Positions 8,774 through 18,704 of a stretch of 32,000 nt of DNA are shown here, in pieces (positions within the stretch are counted from its first letter, which is position 1; the number at the start of each line of letters is the position of its first letter). The stretch is taken from the NCBI RefSeq assembly GCF_003428155.1, contig NZ_QLIR01000005.1, positions 60,001-92,000 of the forward strand. The letters run 5' to 3'. The stretch is from Fastidiosibacter lacustris (GTDB lineage: Bacteria; Pseudomonadota; Gammaproteobacteria; Francisellales; Francisellaceae). The translations under genes were made by a program, and so were the position numbers. Under the pieces are notes generated by a model. The model was not told the DNA's origin and did no database searches. It worked only from the letters and a program-made list of their open reading frames with translations.

Positions 8774-8999
8774 GCTACCCAGCTTTACAAACCGATTTTA
8801 GCTACGCACGGGGCTTATGAGGTTCAAAGCTAAACAAACAAAAACTCATACGTTTCTTATCTTTGTAGGTGAATAGATGGGAAGTTAGGGTTTAGCAAGA
8901 TGGTTTTTTTAAATGCAAGCGGGTAAATAAATTTGTGTTCAGAGAAGACAATGGTGATAAATTGTAAAACTTAAGGTTATAGTAGGGATAAAAATAGCG

Positions 9000-10166
9000 A
9001 TGCATAATTTAATATTTGTATTTTTTTTGGTTTTTTTTGGTGCATCAGTTTTTGCAACTTTAGCACTTTATACACGTCAAGCAATCATTGTTGCCTATAT
9101 CGTTTTGGGTATAGTTGTTGGTCCTCATTGCTTAGGACTTATTAGTGACACAACAACTATTCAAGAGACCTCAGATATTGGTATTATGTTTTTGTTATTT
9201 TTGCTTGGTCTTAACCTTGAAATTAAAAGTATGATCAAAATGCTAGGTAAGGCGCTTTTTGTGTCTATTACCAGTAGCATTGTTTTTATTGTTGCAACAG
9301 TTGTGATTTGTCACGCTTTTGGTATTGGTGCTCAAGGCTTTATTATTGGAGCGGCTTTGATCTTCTCAAGCACAATTATCTGTTTGAAATTATTACCAAC
9401 GACGGCTTTACATCATAAACGATTGGGCGAACTGGTGATTGCAATTTTATTGGTTCAAGACTTAATAGCAATTTTGATGTTAACCTTTATTAGTCTTTGG
9501 TCATCACAAACAGAAAGCTTTAATTTATTCTCGCTTATAAAGCTTTTACTTGCATTGCCAGTATTGGGTGGAGTGGGGTATCTTGCTCAAAAGTACTTTT
9601 TGTTTAGTTTGTTTAGACGCTTTAGCCGCTTTCAGGAATATATTTTCTTATTATCGATTGGCTGGTGTATTGGAATGGCGCAACTTGCGATCGTATTTGG
9701 GCTATCTAATGAAATTGGTGCTTTTATTGCTGGTGTGATTGTTGCAAGTTCTCCGATTGCTAAATATATTTATGAGAACTTAAAGCCGCTTCGAGATTTC
9801 TTTTTAATTTTGTTTTTCTTCTCAGTGGGTGCTGGGTTTCAGATTGGGTTGTTAACATCTGTTTGGGGTGTGGTATTGGCATTGACTGTACTGATTTTAG
9901 TATTAAAACCCATCCTACATTTCGTCACATTATGGTTAGTACGTGAAACGCCAAAGGAATCGTTTGAAATTGGCATGCGGCTTGGTCAGGGCAGTGAGTT
10001 CTCATTGATGTTAATTTCATTAGCAACTACAGCAGGGGTTGCTACTAATAGCTCCGAAATTATTGTTGAGGCAGTAGCAATATTAAGCTTTATTGTATCG
10101 TCTTATATTGTTGTATTGACTTATCCAAGCCCAATTGCTGTTTCAGATCGATTACGACGTGATTAA
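9000..10166 (+). CDS. Monovalent cation:proton antiporter (CPA2/Kef-type membrane domain, no RCK domain)
   Basis: 388 aa, roughly 11-12 TMs, Na_H_exchanger-like pattern (GIMFLLFLLGLNLE, LLVQDLIAI, IGAFIAGV). Ends right after the membrane domain. Confidence 0.8.
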   Translation: MHNLIFVFFLVFFGASVFATLALYTRQAIIVAYIVLGIVVGPHCLGLISDTTTIQETSDIGIMFLLFLLGLNLEIKSMIKMLGKALFVSITSSIVFIVATVVICHAFGIGAQGFIIGAALIFSSTIICLKLLPTTALHHKRLGELVIAILLVQDLIAILMLTFISLWSSQTESFNLFSLIKLLLALPVLGGVGYLAQKYFLFSLFRRFSRFQEYIFLLSIGWCIGMAQLAIVFGLSNEIGAFIAGVIVASSPIAKYIYENLKPLRDFFLILFFFSVGAGFQIGLLTSVWGVVLALTVLILVLKPILHFVTLWLVRETPKESFEIGMRLGQGSEFSLMLISLATTAGVATNSSEIIVEAVAILSFIVSSYIVVLTYPSPIAVSDRLRRD

Positions 10167-10338
10167 TATTTTTGTCATTGTTATGTCTAAGTTTATTTGA
10201 ATTCCAATTCTTTAGTTTTATTTTAGGGGTTTCCTAAAGAGAGCTTCATTTTTCCCTGAATAAATTCAAATTAAATAGGATAATAAGGACTAAAGATAGA
10301 ATTGAATTATATTTTTGATATAAACTCATAGACTCAAG

Positions 10339-11616
10339 TTATTTTTGAGACATGACAGTACGATTAAGTGCAATTTCCATGATATTGCAAGCTTTTTCTA
10401 ATTGTGCATCGGTTGTATTTAAAGGTGGAAGTAAACGTAAAACTTCTTTTTGTCTACCTGAGCTTAGCAAAATTAACCCCTCATCTAGTAAATTTTTAAT
10501 ATATACTTTTAACAAGTCTGGGTTCGGTGTGTTTTTATCGTTGATAAACTCAATACCAATCATTGCTCCAAGTCCACGAATATCACCAATAAAGTGATGC
10601 TTGAAGCGTTGAGCAATAAAAAACTCTCGTAAAGTTTGACCTATTGCTTGCGCTTTTTGGGCAAGGTTTTCTTCTTCAAATACTTCAAGTGAGGCAAGTG
10701 CTGCAGCGCAAGCAATAGGATTGCCTGAGTTCGTACCACCTAGCGATGCAGTAGGCAGTTTGTCAAATAATGATTTTCTAGCTGTTAACGCGCTAAGTGG
10801 TAAACCAGATGCTAATGATTTGCCCATCACTAAAATATCAGGAGCTACATGATAATGCTCCATAGCAAACATTTTACCAGTACGACAAAAGCCACTTTGG
10901 ATTTCATCGGCAATAAAAACAATACCATGTTGATCACATAATGTGCGTAGATATTGCATTGCTTCAATGCTTGCTGGAATAAAGCCACCTTCACCTAGCT
11001 GTGGTTCAATAATAATGGCTGCAATATTTTCAGCAGCCACCTGATTAGTAATTAAGTCTTGCCATTGAGATTTTAATTTCTCAATAGAAGTATGCACATT
11101 AGGATAAGCTAAGCGATAAATATTATTAAACAATTCACCAAAGCCGTATTTATATGGTTTAACTTTGGCTGTTAAACTCATACTCATAAATGTGCGCCCA
11201 TGAAAGGCGCCATCAAAGCAAATAATAGCAGAGCGCCCTGTTGAGAAGCGCGCAACTTTTATCGCATTTTCAACGGCTTCTGCACCGCTATTGCATAGCA
11301 TGGTTTGCTTGGGAAACTCCCCGGGTGTTATGCTGTTTAGCTTTTTTGCTAATTGAAGGTACGGTTCATGAACCATGATATGAAAACAAGGTTGAATGTA
11401 GTTTTGTGTTTGTTCAATGATGGCTTTAACTACTTTTGGATGGTTGTGACCAATATTCATTGAACCAATGCCTGCGGCAAAGTCGATATATTGTTTATCA
11501 TTTATATCGATGAGCACACTTCCTTGAGCTTTTTTAACGCAAAGGTGGGTGTTGTTGGCAAGTGCAAGTGGCACTTCACTTTGACGAATGTGCCATAGAC
11601 TATTATGACTATTCAT
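10339..11616 (-). CDS. Class-III PLP-dependent aminotransferase (GabT-like); by context a candidate 2-aminoadipate (or omega-amino acid) aminotransferase
   Basis: Motifs SGAEAVENAIKVAR, DEIQSGFCRTG and the PLP-lysine motif VMGKSLASG. Last gene of the four-gene minus-strand operon. Substrate specificity is inferred from context only. Confidence 0.85.
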   Translation of the reverse strand: MNSHNSLWHIRQSEVPLALANNTHLCVKKAQGSVLIDINDKQYIDFAAGIGSMNIGHNHPKVVKAIIEQTQNYIQPCFHIMVHEPYLQLAKKLNSITPGEFPKQTMLCNSGAEAVENAIKVARFSTGRSAIICFDGAFHGRTFMSMSLTAKVKPYKYGFGELFNNIYRLAYPNVHTSIEKLKSQWQDLITNQVAAENIAAIIIEPQLGEGGFIPASIEAMQYLRTLCDQHGIVFIADEIQSGFCRTGKMFAMEHYHVAPDILVMGKSLASGLPLSALTARKSLFDKLPTASLGGTNSGNPIACAAALASLEVFEEENLAQKAQAIGQTLREFFIAQRFKHHFIGDIRGLGAMIGIEFINDKNTPNPDLLKVYIKNLLDEGLILLSSGRQKEVLRLLPPLNTTDAQLEKACNIMEIALNRTVMSQK

Positions 11617-11625
11617 AAGTTTCCC

Positions 11626-12429
11626 TTAAGGATTGACGTTGGTACTTTCAAAGATTTTATCGGCAGAGGCAGCAACAAATCCTTGATAGAGTCTACCAGT
11701 ATGATCAGGATAACGTTTAGCGAACTCATAATAACAGCAAGGAATTTCTTTTTTGCCTTCAACAAAGTCAACTATGACCATTCCTGATTTTGTGCTGGAT
11801 TGCTCTAGTAACTCACCTGGTGTGCCTTTGATCTCACCACCCGAAGTATTAAGTGCAAAACCATGTTTCTTCAAGAAGTTATTGACCTCATATATTTCAT
11901 TAAACTGGTTCAAAGCGTTAATAAACACTGTAAAATGATTGGCTCTAAAGCCAAATACATAAAACCATGCAGCATATTCTGATTCAGCTAATAGCTTTTC
12001 ATAAGTTGGGTGACTTGGTTGACCCCAGCAATTACCAGCTGAAACAAGTTTTTCTCGATTTACTAAGAGTTTCGAGTCAATTTTATCAATGCAGGCTTTA
12101 ATAGTTTGTTGGGTAAATGGAGTAAATGATTCTAAAAGTAATTGACTAATAAAGATTTTTGGCTGCGTTGGATCTTTATGCTCATAGTGTTTTGCATAAA
12201 GCTTTTTAGTTTTAAAATGGTACTCTCCATTTTCAAAATACCCTTCCGCGATGAATGGTTTAGCTAATACTTCAATATCAATGCGTGGATCATTAATAGT
12301 GCGCAGTGCAATATGATCGTTAATCACTGAAGTGTTGTGATCGTAAAAAAGATTATAGATCTCTTGTACGTGTGGGTTTGCATCAACATATTGTTGCCAT
12401 AACCTTTCTAAAATTGCGATTTGAGACAT
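11626..12429 (-). CDS. DUF1338 family (VOC-fold, HglS/YdcJ-like) protein; candidate 2-oxoadipate dioxygenase/decarboxylase (2-hydroxyglutarate synthase)
   Basis: N-terminal DHIALRT (H-x3-R) motif, later NHFTV and YYEF elements, matching my recollection of DUF1338. Length fits the short (~270 aa) DUF1338 subgroup. Lies 3 nt downstream of an AmaB-type ALDH, the same neighbourhood as amaB/hglS in Pseudomonas putida. Confidence 0.65.
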   Translation of the reverse strand: MSQIAILERLWQQYVDANPHVQEIYNLFYDHNTSVINDHIALRTINDPRIDIEVLAKPFIAEGYFENGEYHFKTKKLYAKHYEHKDPTQPKIFISQLLLESFTPFTQQTIKACIDKIDSKLLVNREKLVSAGNCWGQPSHPTYEKLLAESEYAAWFYVFGFRANHFTVFINALNQFNEIYEVNNFLKKHGFALNTSGGEIKGTPGELLEQSSTKSGMVIVDFVEGKKEIPCCYYEFAKRYPDHTGRLYQGFVAASADKIFESTNVNP

Positions 12430-12432
12430 AAC

Positions 12433-13935
12433 TTAATCCTCGAGTGAAAATTTAATACCTTGAGCAAGTGGTAAGGAGTTGCTCCAATTGATGGTTACGG
12501 TTTGCCGACGCATATAGGTTTTCCAAGCATCAGATCCAGCCTCACGACCACCACCTGTATGTTTTTCCCCACCAAATGCGCCACCAATTTCAGCGCCTGA
12601 AGTGCCAATATTTATGTTGGCAATGCCGCAATCACTGCCAGCGCAAGACAAGAATTTTTCAGAGTGATCGATGCGTTGAGTAAAGATTGCCGAAGACAAA
12701 CCATGGTCAACTTGATTGTTGATAGAAATGGCTTCGTCAATGTTCTCAAATGGCATGATAAACAAAATTGGACAAAAATTTTCTTGGTTAACGATATCCC
12801 AATCAGGTTTCACTTCGATAATGGTTGGTTCAACGTAATTACCAGGTTTATTAATCACATTACCACCAAATAAAATGTTTCCACCTAGAGTTTTAGCACA
12901 CGCAACTGCTTTTTTATATACTTCAACTAAGTTTTGGTCGATTAATGGCCCCATTAAATTTTTGGTGTCAAGTGGGTCGCCTACCGTGATTTGTTTATAG
13001 GCGTTTTGTAAGCGCTTAATAACATCTTGATAGATGTTTTTATGCACTAGTAATCTCCGTAATGAGGTGCAACGCTGACCCGCTGTGCCAACTGCACCAA
13101 ATACTACAGCAGGAATGGCAAGCTTAAGGTCAGCTGATTCATCAATAATAGCTGCATTGTTGCCGCCTAGTTCAAGTAAAGATTTGCCAAAGCGTTTTGC
13201 CACTTGTGCGCCAATTTCACGCCCAACTTTGGTTGAACCTGTAAACGATAAAAGCGCAATACGCGTATCATTAACAAGTGCTTTAGAAACATCAATGCTT
13301 TTCGATACGACAGAACTAAACACATTTGGGAAGTTATATGCTTGAGTCACACGATCACAAATCTCTTGAACAGCTAAAGCACATAAAGGTGTTTTAGGTG
13401 ATGGATTCCAAACAACAGTGTTACCACAGATGGCAGCGATAAAAGCGTTCCATGACCAAACAGCAACTGGGAAATTGTAGGCTGATATTACACCAACAAC
13501 ACCTAGTGGATGCCATTGTTCAAACATTCTGTGATCAGGACGCTCTGAGTGCATTGTTTTGCCATAAAGCATGCGAGCTTGACCTACGGCAAGGTCTGCC
13601 ATATCTATCATTTCCTGCACTTCACCATCACCTTCTTGTTTAGATTTACCCATTTCAAGTGATATGAGACTGCCTAATTGATCTTTATTTTTTCTTAATT
13701 CTTCACCGATTAAGCGTACAAGTTCAGCACGCTTAGGTGCTGGAGTTTTACGCCATTTTAAAAATGCAGCATGAGCTTCTTGGATGGTTTGGTTTAGGTG
13801 GTTGAGTCCTAAGCTTGGCACCTTGGCTAAAATCTCATTATTGGCAGGATTATAGCTTTCAATATACTCACTTGTTTGATATTTGGAGGCATATTGTGTC
13901 AGTTTTTCAGTATAGCTGGTCATACAAGTTGTCAT
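12433..13935 (-). CDS. amaB: ALDH7 (antiquitin)-type aldehyde dehydrogenase: alpha-aminoadipic semialdehyde / piperideine-6-carboxylate dehydrogenase
   Basis: Catalytic blocks LELGGNNA and GTAGQRCTS. Long ALDH7-specific blocks: [31 protein letters not shown], and the C-terminus [64 protein letters not shown], which closely resembles the antiquitin C-terminus as I recall it. SD AGGAG lies 6 nt upstream. Confidence 0.88.
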   Translation of the reverse strand: MTTCMTSYTEKLTQYASKYQTSEYIESYNPANNEILAKVPSLGLNHLNQTIQEAHAAFLKWRKTPAPKRAELVRLIGEELRKNKDQLGSLISLEMGKSKQEGDGEVQEMIDMADLAVGQARMLYGKTMHSERPDHRMFEQWHPLGVVGVISAYNFPVAVWSWNAFIAAICGNTVVWNPSPKTPLCALAVQEICDRVTQAYNFPNVFSSVVSKSIDVSKALVNDTRIALLSFTGSTKVGREIGAQVAKRFGKSLLELGGNNAAIIDESADLKLAIPAVVFGAVGTAGQRCTSLRRLLVHKNIYQDVIKRLQNAYKQITVGDPLDTKNLMGPLIDQNLVEVYKKAVACAKTLGGNILFGGNVINKPGNYVEPTIIEVKPDWDIVNQENFCPILFIMPFENIDEAISINNQVDHGLSSAIFTQRIDHSEKFLSCAGSDCGIANINIGTSGAEIGGAFGGEKHTGGGREAGSDAWKTYMRRQTVTINWSNSLPLAQGIKFSLED

Positions 13936-13954
13936 TCATTTCTCCTACTTAGAT

Positions 13955-15115
13955 TTAAATCACTTCAAGTTTATTGTTTGCTGTACTTTTTGTGATTAAC
14001 TTTGGGCTTTTAATTCCATCAAGAAAGTTATAGCGGTAGTAGTGACCAAATCGGTTATCCATCATTTGGGTTAAGTTAATGTCTTCTTGTTTGGCAAATC
14101 CAGGTGCGAAGTACTTATGTTTGATAGCAAGGTCAATAGTAACACATATTCCACAAGCAGTGGTTAACTGAAGTGCACTCCATTTTTGACCAAAGGCTTC
14201 TTGAGAATGATACTTCTTAGCAAAATGGCGTTCATGGTATACACCATTAATCTTGCCTTCAACAGAAACATACACCAAAACAACGTCATCTTCAACGCGC
14301 GGGATGGAATTATTAAAAATCTCACATAGAAGCTCTTGTTTGTCTCTTAGTTTTAAGTCATTGATCAAAAAGCGTAATTTCTCACAATGTCCTGGATAGC
14401 GTACACTCTTATAATTAATATTGCGAACTTTTGCTTTGTATGTGTCTTTTAACGAGCCAATGCCACCAGATGTGTTAAAAGCTTCATAAGTCAAACCATC
14501 GATTTTAATGGTTTCCAAATCATCAAGTGGTTCAATAGTCACGTTTTTATAATCACGAATAGCTTCACATGGTTTAACATATTCATTGATTAGACCTTCA
14601 GTTGACCACGTAAGTGCGTATTGGAGAGGATGACTAATATTAACAGGTAGAGCACCAACACGCATTTTTACGGTTTCAGCTTCATCAAATTGTTTCACTA
14701 AATCATTGGTGACAACACTTATAAAGCCAGGCGCAAGTCCACATTGAGGTGCAAATACTTTATCGGTATTTTTCGCTAGTGTTTCAACATATTTAGTGGT
14801 TTCAACGTCTTCCGTTAAATCAAAGTAATGTGTATTACAAACTTTGGCAATTTCAGCGACTTTTTTAGTAAGGAAGTATGGAAGAGCTGCGGTAAGTGCA
14901 TGAATATCATGTTCTTGAACATAGCTTTTGACGTTTTCAGTGTTATTGATATCCAAAATACAGTGTTTGAGATTGTGAGCATTTTCACCAAGGTGTAGCT
15001 GCTTTCTATCTGCCTGAACATCGGCAATATGAATATGATAATCTTTGCTAGAAGCCAGAATTGCTCCTGTTAAAAGACCTACTCTGCCACTGCCAAAAAT
15101 TAATATATTGATCAT
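13955..15115 (-). CDS. Saccharopine-dehydrogenase-family NAD(P) oxidoreductase; probable L-lysine 6-dehydrogenase (LysDH) or saccharopine dehydrogenase
   Basis: N-terminal Rossmann IFGSGRVGLL. Central CGLAPGF and C-terminal EAFNTSGG...YKSVRYPGHCEK blocks are characteristic of the Sacchrp_dh_NADP/Sacchrp_dh_C family. Its size (386 aa) and pairing with amaB match bacterial lysDH-amaB pairs. SD AAGGAG is upstream. Confidence 0.7.
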   Translation of the reverse strand: MINILIFGSGRVGLLTGAILASSKDYHIHIADVQADRKQLHLGENAHNLKHCILDINNTENVKSYVQEHDIHALTAALPYFLTKKVAEIAKVCNTHYFDLTEDVETTKYVETLAKNTDKVFAPQCGLAPGFISVVTNDLVKQFDEAETVKMRVGALPVNISHPLQYALTWSTEGLINEYVKPCEAIRDYKNVTIEPLDDLETIKIDGLTYEAFNTSGGIGSLKDTYKAKVRNINYKSVRYPGHCEKLRFLINDLKLRDKQELLCEIFNNSIPRVEDDVVLVYVSVEGKINGVYHERHFAKKYHSQEAFGQKWSALQLTTACGICVTIDLAIKHKYFAPGFAKQEDINLTQMMDNRFGHYYRYNFLDGIKSPKLITKSTANNKLEVI

Positions 15116-15381
15116 TATAGTTCTCCTTTATCATTAGATTAATGCTTTGCATCGTGCACTTTTATCCCCTTTTAATAATGGTGTGAAGTGATGATATTAA
15201 AAATCATAAATATTTGGGTTTAAATCCATTTTGCTATATTTTATAACTAGGTGTGAAGATATTTTATATAACTATATTATTGTTGCAATAAAATCACAGC
15301 TCATTACTTTAAAAAACGCTTATATGCAAAAAATATCAACTATGCTTTTTATATAACAAAGTCTTTAGTTGTGGTTCAATT

Positions 15382-17475
15382 GTGCGCACTCGTTGGATAA
15401 ATGTGGGAATTATTGGTTTACTTATCATTATTACCTTACATGGTATGTGGGTGCTTTATGATTATGAGCAAGTGTATCCTGAAGATAAAGTTGATAAAAA
15501 AATAATACTAGTAGGAACCGTTGCAAGCTTAATTGACCAAGATAAATCAGTGAGTAAGTTTTTGTTTGCAACGAACGATGGTTTAGTACAGCTAAGTGTT
15601 TATCCAAATAAAAACTTAAAAAGTTGGCGATTAACGCCGGGCACAAGATGGCGTTTTACCGTTAAATTACAATACCCAGAAGGTTATAGTAATCCAGGAG
15701 TGTTTAGTTATGTCACTTGGCTTAAGCATCAGGGTATTAAAGCCGTGGGTTATGTTGTAACAACAGAAAACGTGCAATTTCACGGTATGGATTACAATTA
15801 TCTTATTGAACGTTTGCGTTATAACATTCAAAAAACGTTGAATCATCATATTAAAGATATTTCGATTCGAGCATTAGCCAGTGCACTTTTAATTGGTAAT
15901 CGAAATGAACTCACTACAGAGGATAAACGGGTATTTCAACAAACAGGTACATCACATTTAATTGCAATCTCTGGTTTACACATCGGAATGATTGCTCTAT
16001 TTGCATTTGTGTTTGTTCGTGTTTTATGGTCGTTATCTATTGTATTGTGTCAATGGCTGCCTGCACAAAAGGTGGCGTTAGTTGCTGCGGTTGTTAGTGC
16101 ATTCTTATATAGTCTATTAGCAGGGTTTGCAATTCCAACACAGCGTGCTTTTATTATGGTGCTTATTTTTTCTTTAGCACTTATGACAAATCGTAAGATA
16201 AATGGTTTTAATGTGCTCATTATTGCAGCAATTATCATTGTTTTATGGAATCCTTTATCAATTTTAGCGCCTGGTTTTTGGCTATCTTTTATGGCGGTTT
16301 TCTTTTTAATCATAATTAATCGATTGCTGCTTTATATGCCTAAATTCAAGCGTTATGTTTTGATTCAGTTTTTACTGATGTTGCTGCTAATTCCATTGAC
16401 AGTATATTGGTTTCAGGGTTTTACCTTGATTGGTGTAGTGGCAAACTTAGTAGCTATTCCATTGGTGAGTTTTTTGATTGTGCCGAGTTTGTTTCTCAAT
16501 TTAATGCTCTCATTCTTTGGTATTACGTTATGGTCCATAAGTGCATACTTGATAAAAGCGCTAATTGTCTGGCTAGATGTGTTACCGACTTATATGTTGT
16601 TTTTTTCCTGGCATAGCATTTCACTTTTGGCGGTTTTAGCTGCAATTATGGGAATGTTAATTTTGTTTTTACCGCTTTCTTGGTACTTTCGTGTGCTTGG
16701 GCTGACTTTGTTTTTAGCATTGTGGCAGAAAAATACTTTACCGTTTGACGTTGGTGCGAAGGTGACCGTGTTGGATGTTGGTCATGGTTTAGCTGTGGTC
16801 ATCCAGACAAAAAATGCAGTTGTTGTATATGATACAGCAGGTGCTGGTGGGCACAAATTTGTGCTTGCAAATCATACTCTTATTCCTTATCTGAAAAACC
16901 AAGGGGTACATACAATTAACGCATTAATTATTAGCCACTTAGGTAAAGATCATAGCGGTGGAATAGAAAATGTGTTGGCAAGTTTTAATGTCGATCAAGT
17001 GATCGCCAATGAAAAACTTTCTGAAATCAACAATAGTATTTGTACAGCAGGCAAGAGGTGGTTGCAAGATGGTGTGGTCTTTGAGTTTTTAACTGCCAAT
17101 CACTTAACAGGCAATAACGGATCCTGTGTGCTTAAAATAAGTTTTGATGATAAAAGCATGCTGTTGACAGGAGACATTTATAAAACGGCGGAGCGTTATA
17201 TATTAAAGCAATATCATAACCAATTAAAATCTATAGTGCTTGTTGCTCCTCATCATGGCAGTGGTAGCTCATCTTCAAAGGCGTTTATTGAAGCTGTGGG
17301 TCCAAAATATGTTATTTTTAGCAGCTCAGGTCATGACGGATTTAAGCATCCTCATAATGAAGTTGTCCAGGCTTACCTTAACATTGGTGCGAAAATTTTA
17401 AATACAGCACAAAATGGTGCAATAACAGCGATATTCAAAGATAATGGAGAGCTTGAAATTGAAACAGAAAAATAA
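15382..17475 (+). CDS. comEC: DNA internalisation-related competence protein ComEC/Rec2 (competence membrane domain + metallo-beta-lactamase domain)
   Basis: FQQTGTSHLIAISGLHIG motif, a polytopic membrane core, and a C-terminal MBL-fold domain (VLDVGHGLAVVIQT ... ISHLGKDHSGG ... APHHGS). GTG start. Confidence 0.9.
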   Translation: MRTRWINVGIIGLLIIITLHGMWVLYDYEQVYPEDKVDKKIILVGTVASLIDQDKSVSKFLFATNDGLVQLSVYPNKNLKSWRLTPGTRWRFTVKLQYPEGYSNPGVFSYVTWLKHQGIKAVGYVVTTENVQFHGMDYNYLIERLRYNIQKTLNHHIKDISIRALASALLIGNRNELTTEDKRVFQQTGTSHLIAISGLHIGMIALFAFVFVRVLWSLSIVLCQWLPAQKVALVAAVVSAFLYSLLAGFAIPTQRAFIMVLIFSLALMTNRKINGFNVLIIAAIIIVLWNPLSILAPGFWLSFMAVFFLIIINRLLLYMPKFKRYVLIQFLLMLLLIPLTVYWFQGFTLIGVVANLVAIPLVSFLIVPSLFLNLMLSFFGITLWSISAYLIKALIVWLDVLPTYMLFFSWHSISLLAVLAAIMGMLILFLPLSWYFRVLGLTLFLALWQKNTLPFDVGAKVTVLDVGHGLAVVIQTKNAVVVYDTAGAGGHKFVLANHTLIPYLKNQGVHTINALIISHLGKDHSGGIENVLASFNVDQVIANEKLSEINNSICTAGKRWLQDGVVFEFLTANHLTGNNGSCVLKISFDDKSMLLTGDIYKTAERYILKQYHNQLKSIVLVAPHHGSGSSSSKAFIEAVGPKYVIFSSSGHDGFKHPHNEVVQAYLNIGAKILNTAQNGAITAIFKDNGELEIETEK

Positions 17476-17486
17476 CGAGAGTCAGC

Positions 17487-18383
17487 ATGAGGAAAGTTAA
17501 ACATATTGTAATTGGTGTTATGCTATTAATTTTGTTGGTAATCAACACACTTGTAATGGCTGTGCCAGTTATACTATGTTCCATTTTGAAGCTAATTCCA
17601 ATTAGTTACTGGCAAAATACAATTGGTAAAATATTAGTAGCTTTAGCTACAATGTGGATGGGTGTTAATAACAAAGTCAGTCGTATATTGCTGCCAACGA
17701 AGTATCACCTTAGTGGTTATCAAAGTTTTACAATCTATAGCTCTTATTTAATCTTAAGTAATCACCGTAGCTGGTTAGATATTGTTGTATTGCAGCAGAT
17801 ATTTTTAGGCAAAATTCCATTTGCTAAATTTTTTATGAAAAAGGAATTAATATATGTACCAATCATTGGTTTAGCTTGCTGGGCACTTGACTTTCCACTG
17901 ATGAAACGCTATTCAAAACATTATTTGACGAAGCATCCTGAGAAAAAAGGACAAGATTTGCGAGAGACTAAACATGCATGTGAGCGCTTTAAAAATCGAC
18001 ATGTCTCGGTGGTAAACTTTGTTGAAGGAACACGTTTTACACAACATAAACGTGATAAGCAACAAGCAATATTTAAGTATCTCCTTAATCCTAAAGCAGG
18101 TGGTGTTGCCTTAGCATTGGATGTTTTGGGTGATAAAATAAGAGGAATCTTAAATGTAACAATTGTTTATCCGTATGAAAATTGTAGTTTTTGGGATTTT
18201 TTGTGTGGTGTGATTCCAGAGGTTGATATTCATGTTGAGTTGATTGATCCTAAAACAATTCCCTATCAAAACTATTATGACAATGAGCAGGCAAAGTATG
18301 CTTTTCAAGTGTGGTTAAATACACTTTGGCAAGATAAGGATGTGCTTATTGAAAGTATTATGGCACAAAAAATGAGTGATTAA
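17487..18383 (+). CDS. Lysophospholipid/1-acyl-sn-glycerol-3-phosphate acyltransferase family protein (YihG-like)
   Basis: N-terminal TM, HX4D motif (NHRSWLD), FVEGTR motif, and a size and C-terminal region similar to E. coli YihG-type acyltransferases. Confidence 0.8.
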   Translation: MRKVKHIVIGVMLLILLVINTLVMAVPVILCSILKLIPISYWQNTIGKILVALATMWMGVNNKVSRILLPTKYHLSGYQSFTIYSSYLILSNHRSWLDIVVLQQIFLGKIPFAKFFMKKELIYVPIIGLACWALDFPLMKRYSKHYLTKHPEKKGQDLRETKHACERFKNRHVSVVNFVEGTRFTQHKRDKQQAIFKYLLNPKAGGVALALDVLGDKIRGILNVTIVYPYENCSFWDFLCGVIPEVDIHVELIDPKTIPYQNYYDNEQAKYAFQVWLNTLWQDKDVLIESIMAQKMSD

Positions 18384-18488
18384 ATGACTTAACATTGTGA
18401 GTTCAAAGCAGTAAGATGTGCGGCAGAATTCAAGAACCCAGTTAAGTGAATACAAGCTACGTTGGTAAGTGGTATGAAGAGTAAGGAT

Positions 18489-18668
18489 ATGTCAGAGCTA
18501 GAATACAAAAAATATATGTGTGTTGTTTGTGGCTGGATTTATGATGAGGCAGAAGGCTGGCCAGAAGATGGTATTCATCCAGGTACTAAGTGGGAAGATG
18601 TGCCTGATGATTTTCAATGTCCCGATTGTGGTGTAGGTAAAGAAGATTTTGAAATGATGGAGATATAG
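18489..18668 (+). CDS. Rubredoxin
   Basis: Two CxxCG iron-binding knuckles ([10 protein letters not shown] ... [12 protein letters not shown]) within a typical ~55-aa rubredoxin core. The ORF is open from TTG 18462. ATG 18489 gives a conventional length, but the start is uncertain. Confidence 0.88.
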   Translation: MSELEYKKYMCVVCGWIYDEAEGWPEDGIHPGTKWEDVPDDFQCPDCGVGKEDFEMMEI

Positions 18669-18704
18669 CTCATTTTTGTTTTTAGTACCCCCCTATTTCA
18701 AGAA

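Noticed and set aside
8771-8860. tRNA-like GGTTCAAAG (T-loop-like) and imperfect stems downstream of the CDF gene. Also considered as a possible cation riboswitch upstream of the CPA2 antiporter.
   Set aside because: No acceptor, D or anticodon arms can be drawn, and the flanking 'stems' (taagc..ccc/ggg.gctta; tatgag/ctcata) are short and bulged. It has no resemblance to any riboswitch consensus I can recall. At most it is a weak transcript-end structure.
10352-10597. 81-aa plus-strand ORF. Similar embedded ORFs occur at 2743-2940, 3733-3924, 4681-4869, 5721-5948, 6018-6203, 7287-7472, 9550-9738, 11605-11938, 12664-12873, 13085-13643, 14815-15027, 15431-15849, 16050-16616, 19174-19383, 20066-20248, 20698-20930, 21366-21611, 22486-22731, 23619-23828, 27390-27769, 29849-30040, 30329-30565 and 31256-31447.
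   Set aside because: All are nested within, or antisense to, ORFs with strong family-level motif support. They are short, have odd composition and lack ribosome-binding sites. They are typical shadow ORFs of an AT-rich genome.
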